A program made the position numbers and the translations under genes. A DNA stretch of 64,000 nucleotides from Chrysemys picta bellii. Its lineage: Eukaryota. The stretch spans positions 82,274,001 through 82,338,000 of the forward strand of contig NC_088794.1 of the NCBI RefSeq assembly GCF_011386835.1, given 5' to 3'. Below the pieces are notes generated by a model. It was not told where the DNA came from, did no database searches, and worked only from the letters and a program-made list of their open reading frames with translations. Positions 21,786-35,484 of this stretch are shown piece after piece; position 1 is the first letter of the stretch, and each line of letters opens with the position of its first letter.

Positions 21786-24084
21786 CACCCCATCAATTAA
21801 AAGGCCTACTGCAAAGGAGCTGCCACAGTACTGACAGGAGAGAGAAGTGAGACAGGGAACAAGTTGTCCCAGGGACAGCAGAGATCTAAGCCCATGGGGG
21901 CAGGGGCCATGCCCTTCTATGTCAATATAGTGCCCAGCTCAACTGGGCCCTGATCCTGATGCAGGGGGACTCTGTGTACTACCACAATACAGAGACTGCA
22001 AGACACAGCCTCACCCCGCTGGGGTGAGATTCTGCATGTGTTAGACAAGCCCTCAGGCTCCAACATCGAGTGCCCCCCACCCCCCTACACTTAGCAGTAG
22101 TCCTAATGACAGAAAGGGGGGGTCACTACCTTTTGCAAGTCGGAGTCACCAGCAACACACTTGACTCCTTTGAGGTTTCACCCCATTTTTGTGGTTTTCT
22201 TCAGCAAATGGTGATGACCTGGTTTGGGGCTCAAAACCCAATAGGGAGACTGAGCTAAGGGAGGGGCAGGGCCCAGTTGTTATGGTAACAAGCTCTCAAG
22301 ATCAAGCAAAGAAAAAAAGGCACTCTTTAAAGCATGTTTCCATGGCAACTAGCACCTTCAAAGGCTGGTTTTTAAAAAAGGGATTCTCTGAGGGTTTTGA
22401 TGCAGGGGGAGACGAGTGCTTGAAACTGTCTGAGCTGCCATGAGCTCTGCCTGTGCCAAATCCAACCAAAGGCATGGCTCAGCACCCCCCAGGACAGCAG
22501 ACTGGCCTGCAGTGGGAGCTGTCTGCAGGAGGAGGCAGGGCTCAGATGCTCAAGGCTTGGACAGGTAGCGGTGAGAGGTGACAGGATCTCTCAGATTACC
22601 GAGGCTGTGTTCTTCCTCCCTCTCCCCCATCAGTCCGTTTCATATTCACCCTCTAGGGGCCACAGTCTGGACAGCAAGGGATTAAACTAACCCAGCTCAG
22701 CTGCCTCCAGTCTGATAGTCCAGACACTTTCCAAGCTTTGGGCTGGGACCAGCAAACTCATTTCACTTGTGGCCAAACAAATGATAGAGAGAGTGGCAGG
22801 GGAGGAGAGGAGACCAGACAGGTGTGCAGGGGAGGAGACCCCCCTTCTCTTGTTCCCTTCGTCCCACAAAGGACTCGGCTCCGTCCTTACAATTTGTTCC
22901 ACTTGTGGCTGGTACTGAGCTGGCTCATTTTCCCCTCCCCCTCAAGCTCCAAGGAGAAGCTGTCGGTGTTCACGGAAAATTATGCAGTGTTGACATTGGA
23001 ATATGAATTGGACAAGAGATGTAGCCAAATCCTGGAATTAAGGGAAGAGGGAAAAAACAGGATGGGATCCAAGAAGCAAATGAAACATCTGTGCTTATGT
23101 CTGGGCTGCTGCGATACCCCCTCCCCTCCATCAAGGAGAGGGCAGGCTCATGAAATCTCAGCCATGAAGACCGCAGTCACAGCCGGCCTCCAATTAGCTA
23201 GCACCAACCCCTCAGCAGCTCCCGATCCTTGTGTTATAAGGTGATTAGGAGCTGCAAAGGTGGGTGACTTTCCCCCAAAAACACCTAGCTGTAGACAAGG
23301 TCTTATGCTGAGAGTGTAGTATAAATGCCGCACTACATCAAAACATACATGTTTTATCAGAGGCTGGGCTGAGGTGGGCACGGAAATGGAATGCGAAACC
23401 TAACAGCAGCCACTGGAATCAGTGGATATTGACCCCTGCCATATGTCAGGAGGGGATATAACCTTTTGAAACCTTGAGCCAAAGCACTGGCCTGGAAATG
23501 AAGACTGGTCCCTTTCCAGCACTCCTGCATATCAATCCTTATTACAGGGTGGTGTGTGTAAATAGAGTCCTTGCCTACAGTAGGAAAATCATTCAGTGTG
23601 ATAGCAATTGATTGAGTTAACATGTTCATTCAAACGTTGAGGATATCTACACTGATGGTGCCATGCCACTATAAGATCTCTCTCTCTCATTTTGGCATAG
23701 CTCATTGGTGTCATGTACCTAGGGCAGTGTTTTTGCTCTGTGTTGTGGGATACCTCCAGAGGGTGCTAGGGAACTGTGGGAAGATTATTTGTTGCCTTGG
23801 TGGTGAAATGCATCCATGCACTTTAATCTATTGAGCTAAAATGCCCTGAGACTTACCCCCACTCCCGTACTGATTGATGGGGCAATGAAAAATCCATTGT
23901 AGACAATTTTTGTGTAGCTGGGCGGGTGCTTCCTACTGATAGAAGGCCAATTCAATCTCTCTCCCTCTAGTCTAGGCAAGGCCTAATTTTTTTTTTATTT
24001 GACAAATATGGAGCAAATGAAGCTTCCTGAATCTTGGTCTGGAAGAGAAAGTTGTTGATCTTTTACTCAAGGCACTGGTATACA

Positions 24085-24540
24085 ATTGGGGCCCAATTCT
24101 TGGCTCTGCCACAGAGGTATTGCATGGCCTTCAGCAAGTCACTTAATCTCTCTATGCTTCATTCCCCATCTATACAACAGGGGTAATAATAATCCTTCTT
24201 TTTCCCCACCCTTTGTTGATCTGGTCTATTTAAGTTGTAAACTGCTTGGAGCAGAGAGCGTGTCTCACTATGGATAGGCCTACCCTGAAATAAAAGACCT
24301 ACAGCGACCCTCCCTGCTCACGAGGTCCCCAAGCTTGAGCTCTAGGCCGAGCCCAGATGTCTGCACAGCAATTTTACAGCCCCGCAGCCCGACCCTGGGG
24401 AGCCCAACTCAGCTGACCTGGGCCGGCCGTGTGTGTTTAATTGTTGTGTACGTACCCTATGTGCTTGTACAGTGCCTTGCACCGGGGGGCTGTAATCTCT
24501 GTTGAGGCCTCTCTGCACTACCATAGTACTACTAGTAATG
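24085..24540 (+). mobile_element. MIR-like SINE with L2-type tail, interrupted by a Harbinger-like MITE (24272-24457, TSD TAT)
   Basis: Core GCAAGTCACTTAATCTCTCTATGCTTCATTCCCCATCT. Tail TGTAAACTGCTTGGAGCAG...TATGTGCTTGTACAGTGCC. Insert ends GTGTACGTACCC. Confidence 0.55.
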
Positions 24541-24629
24541 ACAAGAGAACCTTGCAAAGAAATGGAGATCATTAACCCTAAAATAGTTACAAAAGAATCA
24601 CACCCAGAAAGCTAGAGAGGGGAAATACT

Positions 24630-25582
24630 AGAAAACTGGGTGACTGAGCAACAAAATGGCAGATGAAATTCAATGTTGATAAATACAGAGTAATGCACAT
24701 TGGAAAACATAATCCCAACTATACTTCTAAAATGATGGGTCTAAATTAGCTGTTACCACTCAAGAAAGAGATCCTGGAGTCATTGTGGATTGTTTTCTGA
24801 AAACATCCACTCAATATGCAGCAGCATTGACATGACAAATGTTAGGAACCATTAGGAAAGGGATAGATAATAAGAAAGAAAATATCATAACGCCACTATA
24901 TAAATCTATGGTATGCCCACATCTTGAATACTGTGTGCAGTTCTGGTCACTCCATCTCAAAAAAGATACATTAGAATTGGAAAAGGAGCAGAGAAGGGTA
25001 ACAAAAATGAGTAGGGATATGGAACAGCTTCCCTATGAGGAGAGATTAAAAAGACTGGGATTTTTCATCTTAGAAAAAAGATAACTAAAACGGCATATGA
25101 TAGAGGTCTATAAAATCTTGACTGATGTGGAGAAAGCAAATAAGGAAATGTTATTTACTCCTTCACATAAAACAACAACTAGGGGTCACCCAGTGAAATT
25201 AACAGGCAGCAGGTTTAAAAAAAACATAAGGAAGTACTTCTTCACACAATGCACAGTCAACCTGAGGATCTCATTGCCAGTGGATATTGTAAAGGGCAAA
25301 AGTATAACTGGATTAAAAAAAGAACTAGATAAGTTCATGGAGGATAGATCCATTAATGGCTATCAGCCAGGATGGGCAGGGATGCAACCCCATGCTCTGA
25401 GTGGCCCTACCCTCTCTTTGCCAAAAGCTGGGAGCAGACAACAGGGGGCAGATCACTCGATGATGGCCTGTTTTGTTCATTCCCTCTGAAGCACCTGGCA
25501 TTGGCCACTGTTGGAAGACAGAATACTGGGCTAAATAGACCATATTTCTGACTCAGTATGATCGTTCTTATATTCTTATGTA
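24630..25582 (+). mobile_element. CR1 LINE 3' fragment with 3' UTR
   Basis: ORF remnants MLGTIRKGIDNK..YKSMVCPHLEYCVQFWS and MIEVYKIL..TRGHPVKLTGSRFKKNIRKYFFTQ. Ends in TTCTTATATTCTTATG. Confidence 0.93.
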
Positions 25583-27989
25583 CAAAAATACCAAACAATT
25601 GCCCCCAGAGCAAGTGGAAGAGAAGGTTAGATTCCAAACAGAAAGTGGCTGGTAGTTTGCCAAGGTCACAGGTCTACTATTGGCACTAAAATATCTGACC
25701 TTGACCACACCTGAGGGTCAGTCCTCCAGGAGGAACAGAAGACATCACACAAACCAAAGGGAACACTGGCTCCCTGTTTCTCAAATTCATCCAGAGTCCT
25801 ATGGAGAGGAGTAACATACACCCACCTAGTCACTGACAGTGAAAAAACACTGGCTCCGTGTAGCAGAACCTTCTTGGCATCTGAACAGGCCACTGCCAAA
25901 AGAACTAGCTTATGAGCAAGAAGTGGCTGTGTGGTCAGAAAGCCACTGGGATTATTGACAGATATCCAATAAGAGACCTCCTTCCATCTACTAGGGTTCA
26001 GGTGGCCTACCCTGACCTTCATTGTAGACATCTCTAGCTGTGGGTTTATTATGTTGACTGCACTGGGGTTAATTGAAATAATTTTGTTTTCGTTTGATTT
26101 TTTTATAAAGAGGGACAGGGAAGATTATATCCACTAGACACAGTGGCTACTGCACCCTGTTGTGTGACCATGGTATTAATATTCTATCACTTTGACCCAT
26201 GTAAGGTGACTGGAGCCAGGAAATAAAAAACAGTCTCTTATCAACACTTCTGTGTGTCACATATTTTCCCCCCTTGCATACTATAATTGCTGGGCATACA
26301 GATTATCTACCTTCACCCACGAGTCTCAGTCATATGTCTACCCCTGCAGAGATGCACGTTTCTACCCCTCTATCCGAAGGCTGCAGGTGAGTTTGATGAT
26401 TAAGAAATGCAGCTGTTTGTGTGACGCATTCCATGGACTGGGAAATGCAACTAGAAATGCACCTTCAAGAACATTCTTTGCCTGGTTGTAGGTAACTTTT
26501 AGTATAATTTTGGTGGATTTCGCATGATAATACTTAAGAGTCCAGAGGGGAGTGAGACAGAAAATAATGAGCTTTATTCAACTGCATCTGCAAGGAAGAG
26601 ATTCCATGCAACCCATGAGGCATCAGTTAAAAGTGTTACATCAGCAAAACAGCCCTCATTGGCTGCACAAGGATCCCCAGGGCAGGATGCTTCCTCCGCC
26701 ATCTCCATCTGACTCCGCTGTGGGGGGCTCAGTCACCCACTCCCTTGCAAAGTTGCAATGAACCAGTTCTCAAGTGGTAGCCCTATGAAATGAAAAGGCA
26801 AAACTCCAGAGGGAATGGAATGCAGATGCAGCCTATATCCACCCAGCACAGAGACAGAGGCAGAGCTTGGATACAGGCTGTGGTGAGGAAGGGAACCAGA
26901 GCAGGACAGAGAGCAGCTGCAATGCTACAGCAAGGGCAGGAGGAATTACAACAGCACTTTAGCTCCCATTAACTCCCTTAAATGGCTCCATGTAATAACA
27001 CTGGGTAATCCATAAGATTCAATTACGTTTATCAGGCAATTAGGCTCACAACAGCCCGGTTAATGCAGAATTAACGCTCGGCACTAACATGCCCAGGGAC
27101 ACAGAGTTCAGGCCTGGGGGAGGGTGCAGTTACTGGGGCATCTGGCTGGCAAAGTCAGGGTAAGCCACGGTGATGGGGTGGTGATGTCAGTTGTCTGCCT
27201 CTGATTTGCAGGGAATATTTGACAAGATGTAAGCTAGAAAGAGGAGAATTCTTAGAGCAAGGCTCTCACCCAAGTGGGAGAGCAAGTCACCCTCTGTCCC
27301 CCAGGGTGCAGCATGTCACCGCCACCCTCTCCCACAAAAATTGAGTGGTGAGGAGACGGGGACACAAGGGCAGAGTTATCTGCACTGGGCAGAATGGCAA
27401 CTGGTTTCATTTCCTTCTCACCCCAGAGCTTTGTATTGGTTCCACTTCTCTCTCTGTCTCAGCTGCCTCCAGGTGTTGTATTCCTCAATGGCTTTGTTTC
27501 CCTTTGGCTCTCACTCCCTCTCTTCACCCCTGCACAGTGATCACCTGAGGCCTGACGGATGGATCCAAACAGACAGGCCTTTCCTCTCTCTCCCTCAGAA
27601 TCACTTACTTAGCAGGACTAACACTGCCATTAGATTCCCTGCTGGACCTTGGTACCTGCTCCTCTTCGGAGCCCCCTCCATCCTGCCACAGCAGCCAACC
27701 CACTAGGGGTGTAGGAGGGTTAAGGCAATATGGCATGGTCTCTGTGCAGATTTGAAGTCATTTGGGTGTTTGGTTTTTATTCTATTTTATTCAGTATATT
27801 GCTCAAAGGAACCTTTGGTCCCTCTGGTGACTGAGTGGAAATCAGGGGAAGGTGTTTGCTCAAGGGCGAGTAGGGAGATGAATCTAGTGCTGTTTATAGA
27901 TAATATTAAAATTGCTATTAGATATTTATATGGGAAGACGCATGGTCTAGTAGGTTCAGCACAGGACTCCTGGGCGCTATTTAGAATAA

Positions 27990-28165
27990 AATAGAATATC
28001 AAGGTTGGAAGGGACCTTAGGGGGTCATCTAGTCCAACCTCCTGCTCAAAGCAGGACTAATCCCCAGACAGATTTTTGCCCCAGATCCCTAAATGGCCCC
28101 ATCAAGGATTGAACTCACAACCCTGGGTTTAGCAGGCCAATGCTCAAACCACTGAGCTATTCTAC
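27990..28165 (-). mobile_element. tRNA-derived SINE with CR1 3' tail, full length
   Basis: Minus-strand head ATAGCTCAGTGGTTTGAGCATTGGCCTGCTAAACCCAGGGTTGTGAGTTCAATCC. Tail matches the CR1 end at 13958-14030. Confidence 0.9.
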
Positions 28166-28194
28166 CCCATCGTAGAGTTGTGTGATGTGAGGCA

Positions 28195-28270
28195 ACTGTC
28201 TGTGCCTCAGTTTCCCTAGCTGTAACATGAGGATAATGATCTTCACTTGCCTCCCAGGACTGTGAGCATC
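28195..28270 (+). mobile_element. MIR core fragment
   Basis: CTGTGCCTCAGTTTCCCTAGCTGTAACATGAGGATAATGAT. Confidence 0.65.
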
Positions 28271-28967
28271 AGAGATTTAATGGATGAAGCTAAACTCCCC
28301 CAATGGAGGGAGCCTTGGTACTATCCACAAACATCCTGAAGGCCTGTAACCTTCCAGGAAATCTTTGGACCACTGGGATTGCAGTAGGCAAATAATTAGA
28401 GTCTAACATAGTGTCTGGCTGAGTAACCTCTGATTTCACAATCCCAGCACCCAACATGAGATCTTTGGGTCAAAATCTTAACAAACATCCAAGAAGACTG
28501 GAGAGTTGCTATAATTAACAGACAAACAGGATCGTAGGGAACATCCTGGGGATCAGTCCCTCCCAATTCCTGAGCAGAGCTTCTGGTAAACTAAGGAAGT
28601 CTGAAGCCAGCATGGACTGGGACAGGACTTGGGGAGTTTAGCTAATATTATGGGCACACTCATGCAGTGTAGGCACTGTCAGAGTCATACATCTTGCTGT
28701 TAAGTGTTGAGAATTCCCAGCAACCCAGGACTTAATACCGGTGAGGAAGGAGACAGAACCAGCAGCTCAGGCCCCATTCTTAGCACAAAGGTGCCCGTTT
28801 GCTTCACCATCATGTGATTGTAAGTGGAGATACTGATAACACTCAGGCTGATGGTGCTGGGGCTATGTACTAGCTCATTTAGTGCATTGTCTTGTAGAGG
28901 TGGGGGGAATGGCGGAAGGCAGTAACACAGGCTGGGAGAAGGTGGGGGAAATGTCCAATGTAGGTGT

Positions 28968-29455
28968 GTCTGCTGCCTATTAATTTCATTGGGTGTCCCC
29001 TGGTTCTTGTGTTATGTGAAGAGATAAGTAACACTTTCTCCACACCATTCATGATTTTATAGATCTGTCATATCTCTCTTAGTCATCCCTTTCGGAGCTG
29101 AACAGTCCTAGTCTTTTTAATTGCGCCTCACATAAAAGCTGTTCCATACCCCTAATCACTTTTGTTGTATTTCTGTGCACCTTTTCCAATTCTAATATAG
29201 CTTTTTTGAGATGGGGTGACTAGACGTGCGTGCAGTATTCAAGGTGTGGGCGTACCAGGGATTTATATTGTGGCATTATGATGTTTTCTGTTTTATTATC
29301 TATCCCTTTCTCAATAATTCCTAACATTCCATTAGCTTTTTTGACTGCTGCTGCACTTTGAGCAGATGTTTTCAGGGAACTACCCACAGTGTCTCCAAGA
29401 TCTCTTTCTTGAATGATAACAGCTAATTTAAACCCCATTATTTTGTACGTATACA
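28968..29455 (-). mobile_element. CR1 LINE internal fragment
   Basis: Minus ORF KLAVIIQERDLG..SLKTSAQSAAAVKKANGMLGII..YKSLVRPHLEYC. Confidence 0.92.
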
Positions 29456-32400
29456 ATGTAGTAATATAGCCTGTGTTCAAAAAGCAAGCATGAATGAGTC
29501 TTCCTCTGGTATCACCTGAGCCACGCTGCACTCCTAGCTCCATGTCAGTTCCACTGCCAGCTCTCTCCTTTACTCACGTCCCCTGATGGAGCAATCAGCC
29601 CTATCCAATGGCCTCCCTGTGCCTGGGCTCCTGGGCAATCCCAGCAGTGAGGCAGACACCTGTTATTCATCTCCTGTTCTTGGACAACGTATTAATGTTT
29701 TCCCTGCCAAACAATGGATAAGGTCTTCACAGTTCATCCCAAGGGTGACCCAGTGGAGCTGGCTGAGCAGGTTGCCCACCTCCCTTTGTCTCTTTCCCAG
29801 GTGCCTGGCTCCCTTGTTCCCCTGCAATGCTATCATTGATATTCTGGGTGTGAGACTACTCAGCATCACTCCAACTAGAGCCAGAGATTAAAAAGTACAA
29901 ATATAATTACGGTGATAATGCTCCTGTGCAGCCAGCTGGAATGACAGGGGGCACGGAGGAGAGGGTGTTGCTCATTGGCATGCTCACAACAGCCTCTCCC
30001 TTGCCTGCCTGAACTCTGCCCTGTATTCCCTAGCTTCCTTTGAAAAAGTCATTTTCCTCCTTCAGCTGTTGGTGGGAAGGGCAACCTTGATCCCAGAGCA
30101 CAGTGCCTGAGGGCTGTCCCCTTGCTCTCCCCTCATCAATCCTGGGGCACAGCAGCTCTTGGGCACCCCTCATTCTTTGGTCCCCTGATCCTTCAGGAGA
30201 GGAATCCTAGGGAGGAGCTGACCTCGCACCCCTCCCTTAATGTTGCATTAGTGCTAACTGGATGGATTTAATAATAACCAAGGCTTCATGCTCCCTAGCA
30301 AGCTTGACCTAAATTCTGCAGCAAGACTCCCCTATTCTGCGTCATGCAGTGCAGCTGATGGTACATTCTGTAGCAGCTTCAGAAATGCCCCCCAGAATGG
30401 AGGGTTTTATTAAATTCAGTCTGAACTGAATCACAGCCATCCCCCCACCTGTGTTTTTCAATTTGAAATTCAATTCAATTTTTTCTCTGCTGCCCTGCAA
30501 TTTTTAATATTCAGTGTGCTGCAGAATTTTGTACTGTAACTGCATTGCTGTGCATTAGAAGCTTTAGTAGTGGGGAAGGGACAGCTGAAACTTCTGGCAC
30601 CTGGGAAGGCGTGGGAGATAGTTCTGGTGATAAGCACATTACTCAAATGTTAAAATAACCACCCAAAATAGTTAACAATGGACACTGTGTTATTAGGCTT
30701 CAGGGTTAACGCCCAATAGAGACAAATGAGGAAGTTCATGTGTCTGCAAACCATTGTTTCAGGCTGTCTGCAGGCTCAGGCAGGCTTTACTGCATCTGTT
30801 AAACATTGGTCACATTTGGAAGGTTTTTTTCCTAGCTCTTTTTGTTTTAATGAAAGTTCAAGAGCATGTACCCAGGGCAAGGAATGGATTCTCTTGCAAA
30901 GGTCATGGCAACTGAATCACAAAATACCCAGGGCCCTGAATATAATGGGACCCAACTGTGTCTGTGGGTTACTTACATAAACTTCAATAGAGTTGCAGCA
31001 GAGCTGTGCTTTATCCAGGATGCTCAGGCTGTGTCTAATATTGTTAGCTCCGTTGGGTATGCCCTGTCCTGCTCTCTTCTGCATAGGGCCGAGTGGCTGG
31101 TAGTGTTCCATAGACAATAAACATTGCTTCCCCTGCTGAGGAAGAACATCCCCCAGTTCCTGTGCACACGCTATGGCCAAAGCCGTGCAGTGACCAGGGG
31201 GTTGTTGCCCAGCAGACACTGCCTGGCTCACGAGAAAGTGGATGAGTCGGGGAAGGGAAGTTCCTGGCAATGCTTCTGTGCCATGAAGTCAGCAGAGATG
31301 GGTTAGGGACTTTATTGGCTCCATATATATAAGGAGGCGTCTGCTATCAGTTACAGCCATCCAACCTTCTCTTGAAGGCACTAAAGAGGACATGGGTTCC
31401 TAGGCAAGCACCGACTGGGCCAACTTCTCTCCAGAAAGTTTTCTCTTCCTGGGGCTCCCCGACTGGGGCCATACATCATCTCTCCCATGGTACAAGCACT
31501 TTGAGCCTCTTTGGCCAGTCAGGTCACTTGGCTCAGCAGAGGCTGCTTTGTTCAGTGGGCTGCGCAGGGCTAAGGCTGTGACAGTGGACTGGGCCATTGA
31601 AGGTGGCCTTGGGGTGCACGACAACAGGCTGCAGGGGAATTTATAAACTGTGCTTTACAAAGATAAATGTGCATGTTCTTCCCGGGTTGCCCTCTCTGCC
31701 CCTGCTCCTGCTCTCGCTGCCCCATCCCCCTCTGAAGTGCCCAGCTTGTGCCTGTTGCACTCCTGTCCATGCTGCTTACACTGCCCTCGTGCTTTGTTTA
31801 CACCTACTCCTGCAGCTCTCTTTGCACTTGCTGCAATACAGGATATGCTCTGATGCACCAACTTGAAGGCAGTGACATGGAGGGGATAAAAGAGCGATTC
31901 GCTCCCATTCATATTTATAATTAGACAAACAATGTGTGAGAGAGAGAGTGTGGCGGGGAGGGGGTGACTAGGGAGGGTGAGGCAGGGTGGAAGGTAACTC
32001 AGTGTTACACTTTGCCTGCTGCATGTTTCCTGAGAGGGTGCTTGTTCTCAGGCTCTTTCCTGGTGAAAGCTCTGCCTCAACCCTAGATCTCCAGGTGTGT
32101 GTCCTGCCACAGTCACCTTCATGAACCTGCTCCCCCTGCCAGGCCCTTTGGCTAATGCTTCATGAAGCCCTTTCCTCCACCAGAGTGGGAGACTCTGCCT
32201 GCTTCACCACTCCCGCCTCTTGACTCCACTGCTTTGGCTGGGAGCTGCAATTGCACACTGTTGGCTTAGGAAACACAAAGCCATCAATCCCCGTTAGGCA
32301 GCTATGAGCCCTGTCACCCAGCTCACGGCACAAGGCGAATGCAAAGAAGCTGAGAGCCACTGTGCATTGAGCTCCTGAGAATAGCACTCTCAGACTACTC

Positions 32401-33797
32401 CGACACCCACTTAGTTTGGCAGCACCTGCTCCATTGGCCACCCAATGTTACAGTCTCCCCTGTGGAACAAGATACATGGCAGTCAGACACATGCCCACAT
32501 CTGCCCCATTGCACCTAGGTACCATTGCACGTGCCTCGTCCCTCTTCCTGACATTACATGTAAGCAAAGGGACACAAAGATCCAAAGATCTAGAGTGGGG
32601 TTTGTTGGGCGGCAGGCCAGGCAGGGAGTAGGGGCTTGGCTAGGTGGGTGTTTAGGAAGTTAGGGGCTGGGACTGATAAAGAAATTTGAGCCCAAACCTA
32701 TTTGCCCAGCTAGCAGCCCTAATCTTTTGGGTTGAGGAGAATCTTCTGCGTCACCCCAGAGGAAGGGAGGAAAATCAGACACTCAGCTCTCCCCACGTGC
32801 TGTATGAGTCTGATTTGCTTGCTCTCAGAACTGCGAGTGGCACCCTCAGTGCAGAGAGAACTTCAGTCCAAAGGAAGGGAACCAATTCACTCACTTACTG
32901 TAGGGCTCTGTTCATCAGAGTGGCTTGTGGAGAACCCAGCAAGCCCTCTTTCCAGGCCTGAAATGAAACCTGAACCCAACTTCTTCACTAGCTCCAGATG
33001 CTCGCAGGCGCCCTTCGTATCTGCTCACATGCACCCACCACAGCCTCAGAGCTGGCTACAGGCAGAAGCTCTACTCCTGGCTTTCAAGCCAGGAGCTGCT
33101 CCTTAAATAATAGGAGTACTGCCTAAAGCAGAATAAGCAGCAGGACAGACAATGAGGCAGGTCCATCAGCTACTGGAGAAGCCTCTCAAGTGACAGCATG
33201 AGAAGCATGAGGAGCCTGACCTGTGAGTGTCCACCTTCCCCACCTCACCCACAGTAATAGGGAAGGGCTGTCCCTGCCCAACACAGAAAACACCTCAGGC
33301 TCCAAAGAAGAAACTGTGCCACCTTGAGGAGAAAAGGGGGAATTTCCCCTGAATGGCCCCTAACTGTGTCTTCAGAGCTTGACAGCAGCTGCTGTGTTTC
33401 AGGATTCTTCCTTTCTGAGCATCCTGATCTGCAGTGCACGTTAGAGCAGTTGTTAGCCCAACTGGTCCCCATGGCTGATAAAGGGCTGCAAGATGCTAGA
33501 GACAGTTGGGAGGACTGATGTTGGCTGCTTTTGTCCAGTGGGCTGGGGGAGCAACCACTGCAGTAGGGAGCTGAGCTGGAACTGGAGCTGTTCTGTGAGG
33601 GGCTAGATGTCCTGTGCAGATAAAAAAATTGTATCTATATCCAATCCACAAATATCTGCAGGGCTGTAGCCAAATACAAGGAGCCAGGGACTAGAACCCA
33701 GGTCTGAGGCAGCTGATATTCCCACCTTTCCACTGGAAGACTCTGGAGAGGTACATTTTTGGAGCACTGTGGACCCAGAATGACAGTACCCTGCAGC

Positions 33798-34115
33798 TCA
33801 GGTGACCAAACAGCCCACTTTGACCAGAACAGTCCCCTTTTTGAGCCCTGTCCCAGATGACCTGACTTTTTGGGGAAAACTGGGCATTTGTCCCATTTGC
33901 TCTTGACAACTGATCATCAGTAGGCAAGAGCAAAGGAGACAAATGCCAGGTTTTGCCAAAACATGGCGCGCACACACACTGGGGAGGGGAGGGAACGTTC
34001 AGGGGTGAGGGCGAGTGGCTCAGGAGAGCCCTGCGTGGGGTGTGGGAGGAGTCAGGTAGCTCAAGTGTGCCCCATGTGGTGTCCTGTTTTCCCTTTGGGA
34101 AATATGGTCACCCTA
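33798..34115. mobile_element. hAT MITE
   Basis: TIRs TCAGGTGACCA / TGGTCACCCTA; perfect TSD CCTGCAGC (33790-33797, 34116-34123). Confidence 0.85.
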
Positions 34116-35484
34116 CCTGCAGCCCTCTGATTGGCCAAGTGCCCCTACTTAACTGGATTGGCCCAAGAAGTTGTCTGGGCAAGCACACAGACCTTGGCCT
34201 GTTACTATGTTGGATTTTGCCTTGTTGCCTGATCTCTGACTTGGAGCCTGACTCCTGCCTCATGATCCTAACCTGGTATTATCTCTACTCTCCAATCCTG
34301 GCTTGACTCTTGTTTATGGAACCTGGGCTTACACTTCTTCTAACTCCAGCCCAGTAACTTCTGTCCCTGGTGGGCAGACCTCAGCCCAGCTATGATTGTT
34401 ACGCAAGACTGTGTATGTCTTAATCCCTTTCACCAGAGCAGCTGGGGTCACAGAGAGAGAAGCTGGCCCAGGCTGGAGCTCTCCTGAGATGAGTGAGTGT
34501 TTGTGAGATTCTGGGGAGAATGACACAACTAGGGAGCCATGTTTGAGGTGACCATTGTGGCATTTGGAACCTTGTGTCTGGGGAAGCTTCATTAGCATGA
34601 CCCTGACTTCTTCCAAATGCTCCTGCCCCAAATCCTGGCTCCAAAGCAGGAGGCTGATTTAAATTTGAACAGAGAGAATGAAGCCAAGACAAAGAAAGAG
34701 AAGAGTTGTCCCTTGTTTTCCCCAGCTGACCCTGCCTTAAAAACTGATTTTGAAGGTGGTGTTAGGGAAGTGAGATATCGTTTATCAGGAGTGACAGATC
34801 TAATCTATAAATTTACATGCTCAGCTCAGGAGTTGGGAGAAAGTGATATCTATCCATTTCTCCCTGGCAGGCTGCCACTAGCACACAAAGTTGGCCAGTT
34901 CCCCAGAGATGCATCCAGTCTCCAACAGGTCAGAGAATCTGGAAGCATTTCGAGGCCTGAGCAAGTGACAGGGAAATTAGATGGGAGAGCCCTGGAAGGA
35001 AGAGAACTTCCTAATTCCTCCTCCACCCTAGCCTTGTACACACTGCCCATGGCAATTCTGACAAAGAGGAGGAGGAGTTCACCACAACCCACAGTGCATC
35101 AGTTATCAGTCCACATGCATATTGTACCTTCAAGGTGAGGATCAACAAGTGCTGGGTTGTAAAATTGTTGCAATCCAGTAGGAACCGGTTGCCCACGCTA
35201 CTGCCCATATATAATGTATATTTTCAAATAAATAGTAATAGTCACTATTTTATGCAGGGCCTACATAAAAACAGTAATTTGCATGCTCCTTGCTAGCTCT
35301 GCAACAAAGAAATGTGGGGTCGGTGGCTCACTAGGCCCAAGCCTAGTGTGTGCCTTCTGGTGATGTTTGGCAACTATCCAGCAGTGACTGACTAATCTAT
35401 GATGATGACACATTCACAACACCCCTGTGTGATGGGTGAATCATTAGCTCCACTTTATAGACAGAGACCAAGTCAGAGAGGTTA

